In this document: positions 19,982-29,294 of the stretch, one piece after another
Numbering within the stretch: position 1 is the stretch's first letter
Layout of the letters: every line of letters begins with the position of its first letter
Source of the DNA: Spirochaetia bacterium
GTDB lineage: Bacteria; Spirochaetota; Spirochaetia; DSM-2461
Length of the DNA: 64,000 nt
Direction of reading: 5' to 3'
Assembly: GCA_963666985.2 (NCBI GenBank)
Contig: CAXXIA010000002.1
Span: 2,176,001 to 2,240,000, forward strand
Made by a program: the position numbers and the translations under genes
The notes under the pieces: generated by a model
What the model saw: only the letters and a program-made list of their open reading frames with translations
Told to the model about the DNA's origin: nothing
The model's database searches: none

Positions 19982-21661
19982 GTGTCAGACCGCGCCTTAC
20001 TCGGTGACGAAGCCGTCGCCCTCGGGGCCATGCACGCGGGCATCAGCTCCGCTTACGGTTATCCGGGGACTCCGTCAACCGAAATCATGGAATTTTTGAT
20101 GGCCGCCGCCGAACGCGGAGAGGCCGCCTCTCTTACGGCTCAATGGAGCAGCAATGAAAAGACCGCGATGGAAGAAGCTTTGGGCGCTTCCCTCTGCGGG
20201 AAAAGGGCCCTGGTTACCATGAAGCACGTGGGCCTGAACGTTGCCGCCGATCCCTTTATGAACGCCGCGCTTTTGGATATCAACGGCGGCCTGGTTGTGG
20301 CCGTGGCCGACGATCCGGGGATGCATTCCAGTCAGAACGAGCAGGATTCCCGGTATTACGCCGATTTCGCCATGATTCCCTGCCTGGAACCCACCAGTCA
20401 GCAGGAAGCCTACGATATGACCCGAACGGCCTTTGAGATGTCCGAGGCTCTTTCGGTGCCGGTGATGATCCGGCTGGTTACGCGGCTCTCCCATTCCCGG
20501 GCCGCTATTAAAGCAAAGGAGCCCCGTAACTCGAATCCCCTTTCCAAGGCTTCCGACCGCAAGGGCTGGGCGCTGATTCCCGCCTGGGCCCGCATTCGCT
20601 ACAGCGAGCTTATCGGCAAGCAGGAGAAGATGGCGGCGATGAGCGAAAACTCGCCGTTTAATACCGTTGTTCAGGGTGATCCCGACGGCGGTTCTCAAAA
20701 GAGCGGAGGCGGCGGCAATACCGGCAAGGGGAAACTCGGCGTGATTACCACCGGATTGGCGAAAAATTATTTCAACGAAAATGCCGCCGATTTGAATCGG
20801 CCGTATGTCCATCTTCACATCGGCCAGTCGCCCTGGCCCGAGAAAAAGATCGCCGATATTCTTGCTTCAACCGACGGACTGCTTGTTATGGAAGAAGGGA
20901 TGCCGCTGGTGGAACGCTACATCCGGGGTATCGGACGCGATTGTTCGAAAATATCCGGAAAGATGGACGGCACGGTTCCCCGCTCAGGCGAGCTGAATCC
21001 CAACAACGTCCGTGCCTCCATGGGACTCCCCCCCCGGCCCGCGCTGGATTTCAACCCCGGTGCTCTGCCGCCCAGGCCGCCGCAGCTCTGCCGCGGATGT
21101 CCTCATGAAGATTCGTTTCAATTTATCAAGGAAACGGCGGCAAGGCTCGATTCTTCGGTGGTTACCTCCGATATCGGCTGTTATGCCCTGGGCGTTCTGC
21201 CGCCTTATGAGGTTCCCGAAACCGTTGTGTGCATGGGCGCCTCGATTTCCATGGCCAAGGGCGCCGCGGAAGCCGGTCATCCCAACGTGATGGCGGTTAT
21301 CGGCGATTCCACCTTTTACCATTCCGGCCTGACCGGGCTTGTGGACTGCGTGGCGGACAAAGCCGCGGTAACGATTATTATCGTGGACAACTCCACCGTC
21401 GCCATGACCGGCGGACAGAAAACAATGCTTCCCTCCGCGCGTCTGCCCGAGGTGGTGGCCGGGCTCGGCATTGAGAAAGAGCATATCCGTGTGGTGAACG
21501 CTCTGAAGAAAGACCATGAAAAGAACATGGGAATCCTCATGGAAGAGCTGGCCTACAGCGGACCGTCGGTGATTATTTCCGTGCGTGAATGTCTTGAGGC
21601 GATTCGTAAGAGAAAATCCGCCGAGAAAGCCGAAGGTTCGGCCGAAGGAGGCGAGCGATGA
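19982..21661 (+). CDS. iorA: Indolepyruvate:ferredoxin oxidoreductase alpha subunit
   Basis: YPGTPSTE, MKHVGLNVAAD, SQNEQD, LCRGCPH, GDSTF..SG TPP motif. Confidence 0.92.
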   Translation: MSDRALLGDEAVALGAMHAGISSAYGYPGTPSTEIMEFLMAAAERGEAASLTAQWSSNEKTAMEEALGASLCGKRALVTMKHVGLNVAADPFMNAALLDINGGLVVAVADDPGMHSSQNEQDSRYYADFAMIPCLEPTSQQEAYDMTRTAFEMSEALSVPVMIRLVTRLSHSRAAIKAKEPRNSNPLSKASDRKGWALIPAWARIRYSELIGKQEKMAAMSENSPFNTVVQGDPDGGSQKSGGGGNTGKGKLGVITTGLAKNYFNENAADLNRPYVHLHIGQSPWPEKKIADILASTDGLLVMEEGMPLVERYIRGIGRDCSKISGKMDGTVPRSGELNPNNVRASMGLPPRPALDFNPGALPPRPPQLCRGCPHEDSFQFIKETAARLDSSVVTSDIGCYALGVLPPYEVPETVVCMGASISMAKGAAEAGHPNVMAVIGDSTFYHSGLTGLVDCVADKAAVTIIIVDNSTVAMTGGQKTMLPSARLPEVVAGLGIEKEHIRVVNALKKDHEKNMGILMEELAYSGPSVIISVRECLEAIRKRKSAEKAEGSAEGGER

Positions 21662-22224
21662 AATACGACATTATTTTGTGCGGCGTGGGCGGGCAGGGCG
21701 TACTGTCCGTGGCCGCCGCCATCGCCGCCGCGGCTGCGTCCGAGGGCTTGGAAGTGCGGCAGTCCGAGGTTCACGGCATGGCCCAGAGGGGCGGCGCGGT
21801 GATGAGTCACTTGCGTCTCTCCGACGAGGTTATTCCCGGCGATTTGGTGCCTCAGGGCGGAGCCGACATGATTCTTTCCATGGAGCCGCTGGAAGCCCTG
21901 CGCTACACCGCTTATCTGAAACCGGAGGGAACATGCGTAACCGCATCGGCTCCGTTTGTGAATATTCCCAATTATCCGGATCTGGATGAGCTGCTGGCCA
22001 AGGTTGAATCCATTCCTTCCTCCCGCGTGGTGGATGCCGAAAAAGCCGCCAAGGACGCCGGCAATCGCCGGGGCGTGAACATGGTGATGGTCGGCGCCGC
22101 TTCAACCCATCTGCCTTTGCCTGAGAAGGCTCTGGAATCGGCTATTTCCGATCTTTTTGCCCGGAAAGGCGAGGATGTCGTGAATCCGAACATCGCGGCT
22201 TTTCGGGCGGGCCGGGAGGCTTGA
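21658..22224 (+). CDS. iorB: Indolepyruvate:ferredoxin oxidoreductase beta subunit
   Basis: GVGGQG, SEVHGMAQRGG; ATGA overlap with iorA. Confidence 0.92.
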   Translation: MKYDIILCGVGGQGVLSVAAAIAAAAASEGLEVRQSEVHGMAQRGGAVMSHLRLSDEVIPGDLVPQGGADMILSMEPLEALRYTAYLKPEGTCVTASAPFVNIPNYPDLDELLAKVESIPSSRVVDAEKAAKDAGNRRGVNMVMVGAASTHLPLPEKALESAISDLFARKGEDVVNPNIAAFRAGREA

Positions 22225-22364
22225 GAGGTCTGATCGGCACGGAGGGAAGCCGCGCTTTGACGGTTTTGAGGCGGCTTTTACCCGTCTTGGAAGGTTTGAG
22301 CGGCGATACCGACTTTTGAGGCCCGCCTCATCGGTGCCGAATCGGCCGCTTTGGAGATGAACTG

Positions 22365-23675
22365 ATGACTGTTTACAAACGTGAAGAACTGGAATACCTC
22401 GACAGGCAGGCCCTGGAAGCGCTGCAGCTTCTTCGGCTGAAAAAGGTTATCGCCTGCGCATTGGCCACACCCTTCTATTCAGAACGCCTCGGCGGTGTCG
22501 GGATTTCAAGTCCGGAGGATATCACCTGCCTGAAGGATCTGCAGAAGATTCCTTATACAACCAAAAGCGATCTGCGCGATACCTATCCGTTCGGTTTGTT
22601 GGCGGTGGATAAGGAGAAGGTTATCCGGATGCATGCCTCCAGCGGCACCACCGGGAAACCGACGGTTATCTATTGCAGCCGGAACGATCTGAACCGCTGG
22701 ACCCACTTAACCCACCGTTCGCTTGTCGCCTGCGGCTGCGGACCGGCCGATGTGTTCCAGAACATGATGACCTACGGTCTTTTTACCGGCGGGCTGGGAC
22801 TCCACTATGGCGCGGAAGATTTGGGAATGTTCGTTATCCCTTCCTCCGGAGGCAACACCCATCGTCAGCTACAGCTGATGAGGGACTTCGGAACCACCGT
22901 GGTTCATGCCACTCCCAGCTACCTGCTCCATCTTCATTCTCAAATGGAGCAGGCCGGTATTTCCCTTTCGGATTTGAAGCTGAAAAAAGCCCTGATCGGC
23001 GCCGAACCCCATTCGGAAGATCTTCGCAGGAAGATCGAAGATCTCTTCGGCATCGATGCTTATAACTCCTACGGTCTTTCCGAGATGAACGGACCCAGCG
23101 TGGCGTTCGAGTGTGTTCATAAGAACGGGATGCACCTTTGGGAAGACGCCTACATCCCCGAGATTGTCGACCGTTCGACTCTTGAACCCGTACCCGAAGG
23201 CGAGGTTGGAGAGCTGGTCTTAACCAATTTAATCAGGCATGCTTCGCCCATTATCCGGTATCGAACCAAAGATCTGACTCGAATCGTTCCCGGCAAGTGC
23301 GCCTGCGGACGCACCGCCCGCAGAGTGGACAGAATGAAAGGCCGCACCGACGACATGCTTATCATCAACGGCGTCAATGTCTTCCCTTCCCAGATAGAAG
23401 AAGTGGTGATGCGGTTCCCCGAAGCCGGGAATAATTACCGCATTCTTGTAAAGAAGAAGGGAACGCTGGACGTCCTAATCGTTGAACTGGAAATCGGGCC
23501 CGCCGTTCTTACCGATGATACCCGGGATCTTTATGCCCTCAAGCGCCGTCTCTCCGACGCCTTGAAGGCCAGCATATCCATTAATCCGAACATTGAATTC
23601 CACGAGCCGGGCCGGCTTCCCGTTCAGGAAGGCAAGGCCATCCGCGTCGTGGACGAAAGGGGGAACCTCTATTGA
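22365..23675 (+). CDS. paaK: Phenylacetate-CoA ligase family protein (copy 1)
   Basis: SSGTTGKP, YGLFTGG, GAEP, YGLSE, RYRTKD, GRTDDM..NVFPSQIE. Confidence 0.9.
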   Translation: MTVYKREELEYLDRQALEALQLLRLKKVIACALATPFYSERLGGVGISSPEDITCLKDLQKIPYTTKSDLRDTYPFGLLAVDKEKVIRMHASSGTTGKPTVIYCSRNDLNRWTHLTHRSLVACGCGPADVFQNMMTYGLFTGGLGLHYGAEDLGMFVIPSSGGNTHRQLQLMRDFGTTVVHATPSYLLHLHSQMEQAGISLSDLKLKKALIGAEPHSEDLRRKIEDLFGIDAYNSYGLSEMNGPSVAFECVHKNGMHLWEDAYIPEIVDRSTLEPVPEGEVGELVLTNLIRHASPIIRYRTKDLTRIVPGKCACGRTARRVDRMKGRTDDMLIINGVNVFPSQIEEVVMRFPEAGNNYRILVKKKGTLDVLIVELEIGPAVLTDDTRDLYALKRRLSDALKASISINPNIEFHEPGRLPVQEGKAIRVVDERGNLY

Positions 23676-24973
23676 TCTGGAACGCAGTTAGGGAATCGGA
23701 AGCGCCGGAGAAACGGCGCGCACGGCAGCTGGCGGACCTTAAGGATCTGGTGGCCAGACTCTACAATCGGGTGGACTTTTACCGGAATCGTATGGATGAA
23801 GCCGGTGTAAAGCCCGCGGATATCGAAACGCTTGAAGACATCGCCAAGCTTCCCTTTACCACGAAGGACGACATGCGCGAAACATATCCCTATGGGCTGT
23901 TGGCCTCGGATATGGAAGACATCGTCGAGGTTCATACCTCTTCGGGGACCACCGGCACGCCGGTGGTGGACGCCTATACCCAGAACGACATGGATATCTG
24001 GGGCGAAGTAATGGCGCGATGTTTGATGATGGCCGGCGCCGAAAAGGATGATGTGATTCAAAACGGCTACGGCTACGGCATGTTCACCGGCGGTTTGGGC
24101 GTTCATTACGGATCGCACACCATCGGATGCAACACCATACCCGTCGGCGGCGGCAACACCGAGCGGCAGCTGCAGCTGATGAGGGACTTCGGATCAACCA
24201 TCCTGACCTGTACTCCCAGCTATTCGCTTTATATGGCCGAAGTCGCGAAAGAGATGGGCATCGATATGGCGTCTTTGAAGCTCAAGTCCGGCATCTTCGG
24301 TGCCGAGCCCTGGAGCGACAACATGCGCAAGGAAATCGAAGAGAAACTCTGTCTGAATGCCTACGATATCTACGGCCTGACGGAAATTATCGGTCCGGGC
24401 GTATCCAACGAATGTTCCGAGCATAACGGTCTGCATGTGAATGAGGACCATTTTTATCCTGAAATCATCGATCCAGCGACGGGCAAGGTGCTTCCGGACG
24501 GGGAAAAGGGAGAACTGGTTATCACCACGCTGACGAAAACCGGTACGCCCATTCTTCGTTATCGTACCCGCGACATCACTTGGCTGGAGCGGGGAGAATG
24601 TCCCTGCGGCCGGAACCTTGTCCGCATGCATCGTCTGCTCGGCCGCACCGACGACATGATGATTATTCGCGGCGTGAATGTGTTCCCGTCCCAGATTGAG
24701 AACATCCTGATGGAGATTGAGGAGACTCAGCCTCATTACCAGATTATTATTGATCGCGGCGAATCCCATCTGGACAACGTGGAACTGCAAGTTGAAGTGG
24801 AGCCCAAGTTCTTCTCCGATGAAACCAAGGCGCTTGAAGGGATCAGCCGTAAAATCGCCCGGGCCATGAAGGATAAGCTTGGAGTGAACCTGCAGATCAA
24901 GCTCGTGGAACCGAAATCCATCGAGCGAAGCATGGGAAAAGCAAAACGCGTTATCGATAAAAGGACCCTGTAG
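23672..24973 (+). CDS. paaK: Phenylacetate-CoA ligase family protein (copy 2)
   Basis: SSGTTGTP, YGMFTGG, GAEPW, YGLTE, RYRTRD; TTGA start/stop overlap with copy 1. Confidence 0.9.
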   Translation: MIWNAVRESEAPEKRRARQLADLKDLVARLYNRVDFYRNRMDEAGVKPADIETLEDIAKLPFTTKDDMRETYPYGLLASDMEDIVEVHTSSGTTGTPVVDAYTQNDMDIWGEVMARCLMMAGAEKDDVIQNGYGYGMFTGGLGVHYGSHTIGCNTIPVGGGNTERQLQLMRDFGSTILTCTPSYSLYMAEVAKEMGIDMASLKLKSGIFGAEPWSDNMRKEIEEKLCLNAYDIYGLTEIIGPGVSNECSEHNGLHVNEDHFYPEIIDPATGKVLPDGEKGELVITTLTKTGTPILRYRTRDITWLERGECPCGRNLVRMHRLLGRTDDMMIIRGVNVFPSQIENILMEIEETQPHYQIIIDRGESHLDNVELQVEVEPKFFSDETKALEGISRKIARAMKDKLGVNLQIKLVEPKSIERSMGKAKRVIDKRTL

Positions 24974-24985
24974 GAGGTATCGGAA

Positions 24986-25402
24986 ATGAAAACAACCCAA
25001 ATATCCGTGTTCATGGAGAATAAAAACGGCCGGCTGGCGGAAATCACCAAGCTTCTGGCCGCCAAGAACGTCAGCCTTCGGGCCGTCACCATCGCCGATA
25101 CCGCCGATTTCGGCATTCTGCGTCTTATCGTGAAGAATCCCGATTACGCCCGCGATGTCCTTTTGGAAGCCGGATTCACCGCCAAGGAAACCGAAGTTTT
25201 GGCCGTGGCCATGGAGGACGAACCCGGCGCTCTGGCCAAAGTGATGGAGCTTTTCGAAGAGAATTCCGTGAACATTGAGTATCTTTATTCCATCATGGCC
25301 GGAAAGGGCGGCATGGCCGACATCGTGTTCAAGGTGGAAGATCTCAATCACGGAGAAAAGATTCTGAAGCAGGCCGGGTATAACAGACCTCTGGATCTTT
25401 AG
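24986..25402 (+). CDS. Tandem ACT domain protein
   Basis: QISVFMENKNGRL, DFGILRL, DEPGAL, NIEYLY. Confidence 0.88.
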   Translation: MKTTQISVFMENKNGRLAEITKLLAAKNVSLRAVTIADTADFGILRLIVKNPDYARDVLLEAGFTAKETEVLAVAMEDEPGALAKVMELFEENSVNIEYLYSIMAGKGGMADIVFKVEDLNHGEKILKQAGYNRPLDL

Positions 25403-25404
25403 AA

Positions 25405-25880
25405 GGTCCAATTTGTAAAGAAACTTCAGGAATTGTGATGTCTGATGAAAGCTGTAGGCGTAAATCGACTCGACAATTCCATGAAGTTTCACGGATTGGA
25501 CCGAAGCTCGCTTTCCGGCCCCAACAAGGTCCAATTCGTAAAGAAATTATAAAAGTGCTCGCGGTTCGACATTGCCGAACACGCTGTTTGGCGATGTCTC
25601 GAGTGAGCAGCGCGGAAGCGGACTCGGAACAAGGGGCGTACCGCAGATGCAAAGCACCGAGGAACGTAAACAGCCGTGGGCCGGAGCTTGGTGAGTACCA
25701 TGGCGAGCACCCGGCACTACTTTTTTATAATTTCACGAATTGGACCGAAGGCCGAGGAGAGCGAGAGAAGTGTACAAGCTTGCTTGGACATTCCAGAGCC
25801 GACGAAGGGCGCCACCCGAGGTGAAGCTCGCTTTCCGGCCCCCGCAAGGTCCAATTCGTAAAGAAATTACTCAAGTGCTC
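25405..25880. repeat. Cluster of imperfect palindromic (REP/MITE-like) units
   Basis: Left arm GGTCCAATTYGTAAAGAAA at 25405, 25528, 25848; right arm TTTCACGRATTGGACC ending 25502 and 25746; linker GAAGCTCGCTTTCCGGCCCC at 25503 and 25823. Confidence 0.8.
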
Positions 25881-26055
25881 ATGGATCGGTGCCGTTGAAT
25901 TGCCTTGCCGGCTTTGAAGTTCAGCGGTGCCGAATTATATACGGACAGGAGCAGATGTCTCGGCCGGATCGGCGCGGTATATCTTATTTTTCCGGCCGGC
26001 CGGATGATTTTTCATCCCCGGAGAATCTTAAAAGCCTAATTCCCCAAAAAAACAG

Positions 26056-26084
26056 TTGCATTGCAAGACGGCAAATTTTACACT
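26056..26084 (+). promoter_or_regulatory. Putative sigma70 promoter of the tct operon
   Basis: TTGCAT-N17-TACACT upstream of RBS AAGGAG. Confidence 0.5.
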
Positions 26085-26116
26085 AGGTTTTGATATATTC
26101 TGAAAAGGAGAAATGA

Positions 26117-27136
26117 ATGAAACGAATTTCTTTGCTTCTTGTCTTGATTGCCGCTTTTTCCTTTACGCTTTGGGCTTCCGGAGCGGAAGAAAGCGATTCC
26201 GAGGGCTGGAATCCCAGCAAGCCGATTTCCATCATCGTTCCCTGGGGCGCCGGCGGATCCACCGACCAGGTGACCCGCGTAGTCGCCGGTGAACTGGAAG
26301 GGCCCTTGGGGCAGAAAGTCGTCATCGTTAATCAGCCCGGCGCTTCGGGTTCCGTGGGAACCAAGGGTGCTTTGGATGCTCCGCACGACGGCTATACTTG
26401 GGCCGCCGGCGCCGCCGCCGACTTGGGTGCGTATAAAGTAAAGGGACTTCTGGATACAACCTGGGACGATTGGGATCTTTTTCTGAGCGTGGCCAATGTC
26501 GCCGTCGTCGCCGTGAATGTCGATTCTCCCTATAAGGATTTCGGCGATCTTCTCGCCGCCCTGAAAGCCAATCCGGGAAAAATCCCCGTGGCGACCGCGG
26601 GTCAGCTTTCGGCCGGACATAACGCGATGGAGTCCATCGTCAAATACACAGGTGTTTCCTACAAGCATGTCACCTATGACGGCGGCAATCCCGCGGTTAT
26701 CGCCACCGTTGCCGGTGAAGCCGAACTGACGACTCAGCTGGCCTGTGAAGAGGCCGATATGCTTAAGGGCGGCAAACTCCGCGCTTTGGCCGTTCTGGAC
26801 GACAAGCCTCTGCAGCTTGCCGATTATGGTGAGATTCCTCCGATTACCAAATGGATTCCCAATTTCCATGCCGCGCCGAATTACTTCGGAATCTGGATTC
26901 CCTCGGATGCTCCGGCGGAAGTTGTTGAGAAATTCACGGAAGTTTGGAATACAACCATCAGCAATTCTCAGAAACTGAAGGATTACGCCGCCGAACGCGG
27001 CGCCGTGTTCAATCCGTCCTGCGGTGAAGACGCCAAGACCAAGGCCATGCCGTACCTTCAGATTATCGCTTGGAACTATTTTGACGGCGGTTCCGCCGTT
27101 GTGTCTCCGGACAGCATCGGGATTCCCAAGCCGTAA
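26117..27136 (+). CDS. tctC: Tripartite tricarboxylate transporter substrate-binding protein
   Basis: Signal peptide; PSKPISIIVPWGAGGSTD, NQPGASG, YDGG motifs. Confidence 0.9.
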   Translation: MKRISLLLVLIAAFSFTLWASGAEESDSEGWNPSKPISIIVPWGAGGSTDQVTRVVAGELEGPLGQKVVIVNQPGASGSVGTKGALDAPHDGYTWAAGAAADLGAYKVKGLLDTTWDDWDLFLSVANVAVVAVNVDSPYKDFGDLLAALKANPGKIPVATAGQLSAGHNAMESIVKYTGVSYKHVTYDGGNPAVIATVAGEAELTTQLACEEADMLKGGKLRALAVLDDKPLQLADYGEIPPITKWIPNFHAAPNYFGIWIPSDAPAEVVEKFTEVWNTTISNSQKLKDYAAERGAVFNPSCGEDAKTKAMPYLQIIAWNYFDGGSAVVSPDSIGIPKP

Positions 27137-27160
27137 GTCCGGTTTTCATCTATAATAATC

Positions 27161-27187
27161 GGGGCTGTCTTTGACAGCCCCTTATTT
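27161..27187 (+). terminator. Hairpin after tctC
   Basis: GGGGCTGTC-TTT-GACAGCCCC followed by TTATTT. Confidence 0.6.
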
Positions 27188-27230
27188 CATTCGGTACCGT
27201 TTCTGAAGACGGTGTCTCGATTAAGGGGTT

Positions 27231-27749
27231 TTGATGAAAGAATCAAACATGCCCAAGGCCGATTTTCTGATGTCCGTCATATTCATGGTCTTTGGGACAA
27301 CCATCTTCCTTATTTCGCTTCATATGCCTCGATTCGAGGAATTCGACGCGAATCCTTATTCGGTTCCCGGTATCGTTCCGGGTTTCCTCGGTGTTGTTAT
27401 CGCCGCATTGGGTTTGGTGCTGTTCATTCGGTCCATTATAAAAAAAGGGTACCGATGGGGACTGACCGCCGGCGGCGTTAAAGACTGGTTTCGGGACGAC
27501 GGAACGCACAGGCTTTTCATTACATTGGCGTTCTGCCTGGTGTATTCATTGGTCTTTATCGGATGGCTGCCGTATCCGATCGGCACCGTGCTGTTCATTT
27601 TCGGCTTCATCGTTGCGTTCGAATATCAAAAGGGTATTCCCTTTAGGAAGCAAGGTAAAATGTTTCTGTTCGCAGGCATCATATCCGTCGTCAGCGGTCT
27701 TTCCATTTGGGCCGTTTTTCGTTTTCTCTTCCTGGTAAATCTCCCGTAG
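27231..27749 (+). CDS. tctB: Tripartite tricarboxylate transporter small permease
   Basis: Small membrane protein ending FRFLFLVNLP, located between tctC and tctA. Confidence 0.85.
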   Translation: MMKESNMPKADFLMSVIFMVFGTTIFLISLHMPRFEEFDANPYSVPGIVPGFLGVVIAALGLVLFIRSIIKKGYRWGLTAGGVKDWFRDDGTHRLFITLAFCLVYSLVFIGWLPYPIGTVLFIFGFIVAFEYQKGIPFRKQGKMFLFAGIISVVSGLSIWAVFRFLFLVNLP

Positions 27750-27761
27750 GAGGCACAAGCA

Positions 27762-29294
27762 ATGTTGGAAGGATTACAATATTTCGGCCAATCATTTATT
27801 GAATTTATGCGTCCGATGACGATTTTTAATGCACTTTGGGCCACTCAGCTGGGCATTATCGTCGGTATGCTTCCCGGATTAACGGCAACGATGGGCGTTG
27901 CGTTAATGACCACCCTCACGTTCAAAATGCCCGCTTCCGACGCGGTGCTGATTTTAATGTGTATGTATGTCGGCGCTATTTACGGCGGAAGCCGGAGCGC
28001 TATTCTTTTGAATATCCCGGGGACGCCCGCCAATGCCGCCACCGCGGTTGACGGTCATCCTCTCGCCAAGCAGGGCCGTGCGGGCCGGGCCATAGGAATC
28101 GCCACGACCGGTTCTTTCATCGGCACCTTCGTCGGTATGATCCTGCTGGCTCTTTTTACGCCGCTGATAGGCAATTTCGCCCTTGAGTTCAAATCCTATG
28201 AGTTCTTCTGGCTTGCCATCTTCGGCATCGTCATCTGCGGAAATCTCACCGCCCCCAAGGATCCTCTCAAAGGTTGGATCGCCGGATTCCTGGGACTCTT
28301 CGTCGCGACCATCGGAATGGAGGGAATCCACGCGCATATCCGTTTCGCCAAACCGGGTTCCCAAATGTCCGGAGGCATCGCGCTGCTGCCGGCCATGGTC
28401 GGTGCGTTCGGTTTCGCCGAGATTATCGGCGTGATGAAGCAGTCGGCGTATGAGGTGGTGAATACCAAAATTGAACGGGTTATTCCGAAATTTTCTGAAA
28501 TTTGGAAATATAAATGGACCATCCTCCGATCCGGTATCCTGGGAACCTTTATCGGAGCCATTCCCGGTGTGGGCGAGGATATCGCCGCCTGGGTTTCTTA
28601 TGACATTACCAAGCGGTCGAGCAAGCATCCGGAAGAGTTCGGCAACGGCTCCATTGAAGGCTTAATCTCCGCGGAAGCGGGAAACAACGCCTGTGTCGCC
28701 GGAGCCATGATTCCCGTACTTTCCCTGGCCATCCCCGGTTCCGCCCCCGCGGCCGTGCTTCTGGCGGCCATGTTCATTCACGGGGTTCGTCCCGGTCCGC
28801 TCATCATGATAGAGTCGCCGAAATTCGTGTATGAAGTGGTGGTGATGGTGCTGCTGGCCTCGGCGGCCATGCTCATTCTCGGACTTTCCATGGTGCGCTG
28901 GCTGGTGAAGGTTCTGATGGTTCCCCGGCAGAAATTAATGCCGATTGTTTTCACGCTGTGTGTCGTGGGCGCCTTTGCCATTCAGGGCCGCACTTTCGAT
29001 ATCGGCGTCATGGTTGTTTTCGGTCTGATCGGCTTTTTCTTAAGAGAAATGGATTATCCGATGGCGCCTCTTATTCTGGGGATTATTCTGGGAGATCTGC
29101 TGGATAAGAATCTCAGGCGAAGTTTGATTCTTTCGGACGGAGGCTTGGCGCCTTTCTTCAATCAGCCGATCGGACTGGTGCTGTTTATCGCCACCCTGCT
29201 GGTTATTTTCAGCAAAATGAAGTGGTTCCGGTCTTTGATGTTTTCTCTCCGTCAGGGGATTGTTTCCCTCTTTAAGCGCAAGAAGGCGGGCTGA
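27762..29294 (+). CDS. tctA: Tripartite tricarboxylate transporter large permease
   Basis: GMLPGL, YGGSRSAILLNIPGTP, AEAGNNA, AIPGS motifs. Confidence 0.92.
   Translation: MLEGLQYFGQSFIEFMRPMTIFNALWATQLGIIVGMLPGLTATMGVALMTTLTFKMPASDAVLILMCMYVGAIYGGSRSAILLNIPGTPANAATAVDGHPLAKQGRAGRAIGIATTGSFIGTFVGMILLALFTPLIGNFALEFKSYEFFWLAIFGIVICGNLTAPKDPLKGWIAGFLGLFVATIGMEGIHAHIRFAKPGSQMSGGIALLPAMVGAFGFAEIIGVMKQSAYEVVNTKIERVIPKFSEIWKYKWTILRSGILGTFIGAIPGVGEDIAAWVSYDITKRSSKHPEEFGNGSIEGLISAEAGNNACVAGAMIPVLSLAIPGSAPAAVLLAAMFIHGVRPGPLIMIESPKFVYEVVVMVLLASAAMLILGLSMVRWLVKVLMVPRQKLMPIVFTLCVVGAFAIQGRTFDIGVMVVFGLIGFFLREMDYPMAPLILGIILGDLLDKNLRRSLILSDGGLAPFFNQPIGLVLFIATLLVIFSKMKWFRSLMFSLRQGIVSLFKRKKAG

Noticed and set aside
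22225..22364. Structured RNA in GC-rich spacers (also 31757-31899, 32674-32846, 60395-60513)
   Set aside because: Only short, weak repeats; no convincing stem or shared family visible by eye.
25442..25475. Hammerhead ribozyme core (CTGATGA)
   Set aside because: No stem II followed by GAAA in the required position.
24194..25534. Long antisense ORFs (also 2050-2940, 5751-6830, 6871-7878, 11012-12025, 58563-59591, 60409-61527, 62405-63532)
   Set aside because: Shadow frames opposite well-supported genes, expected in GC-rich DNA, with no motifs.
25405..25746. Integron attC sites (GTCCAAT...ATTGGAC resembles RYYYAAC...GTTRRRY)
   Set aside because: The invariant AAC/GTT is AAT/ATT here, no cassette ORFs lie between units, and there is no integrase.
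25435..25861. Short ORFs over the repeat cluster
   Set aside because: They are translations of palindromic repeat DNA with no RBS or protein motif.
25405..25880. CRISPR array
   Set aside because: Units are inverted pairs with very unequal spacing (98 vs 219 bp), not equal repeats with 30-40 bp spacers, and no cas genes are present.
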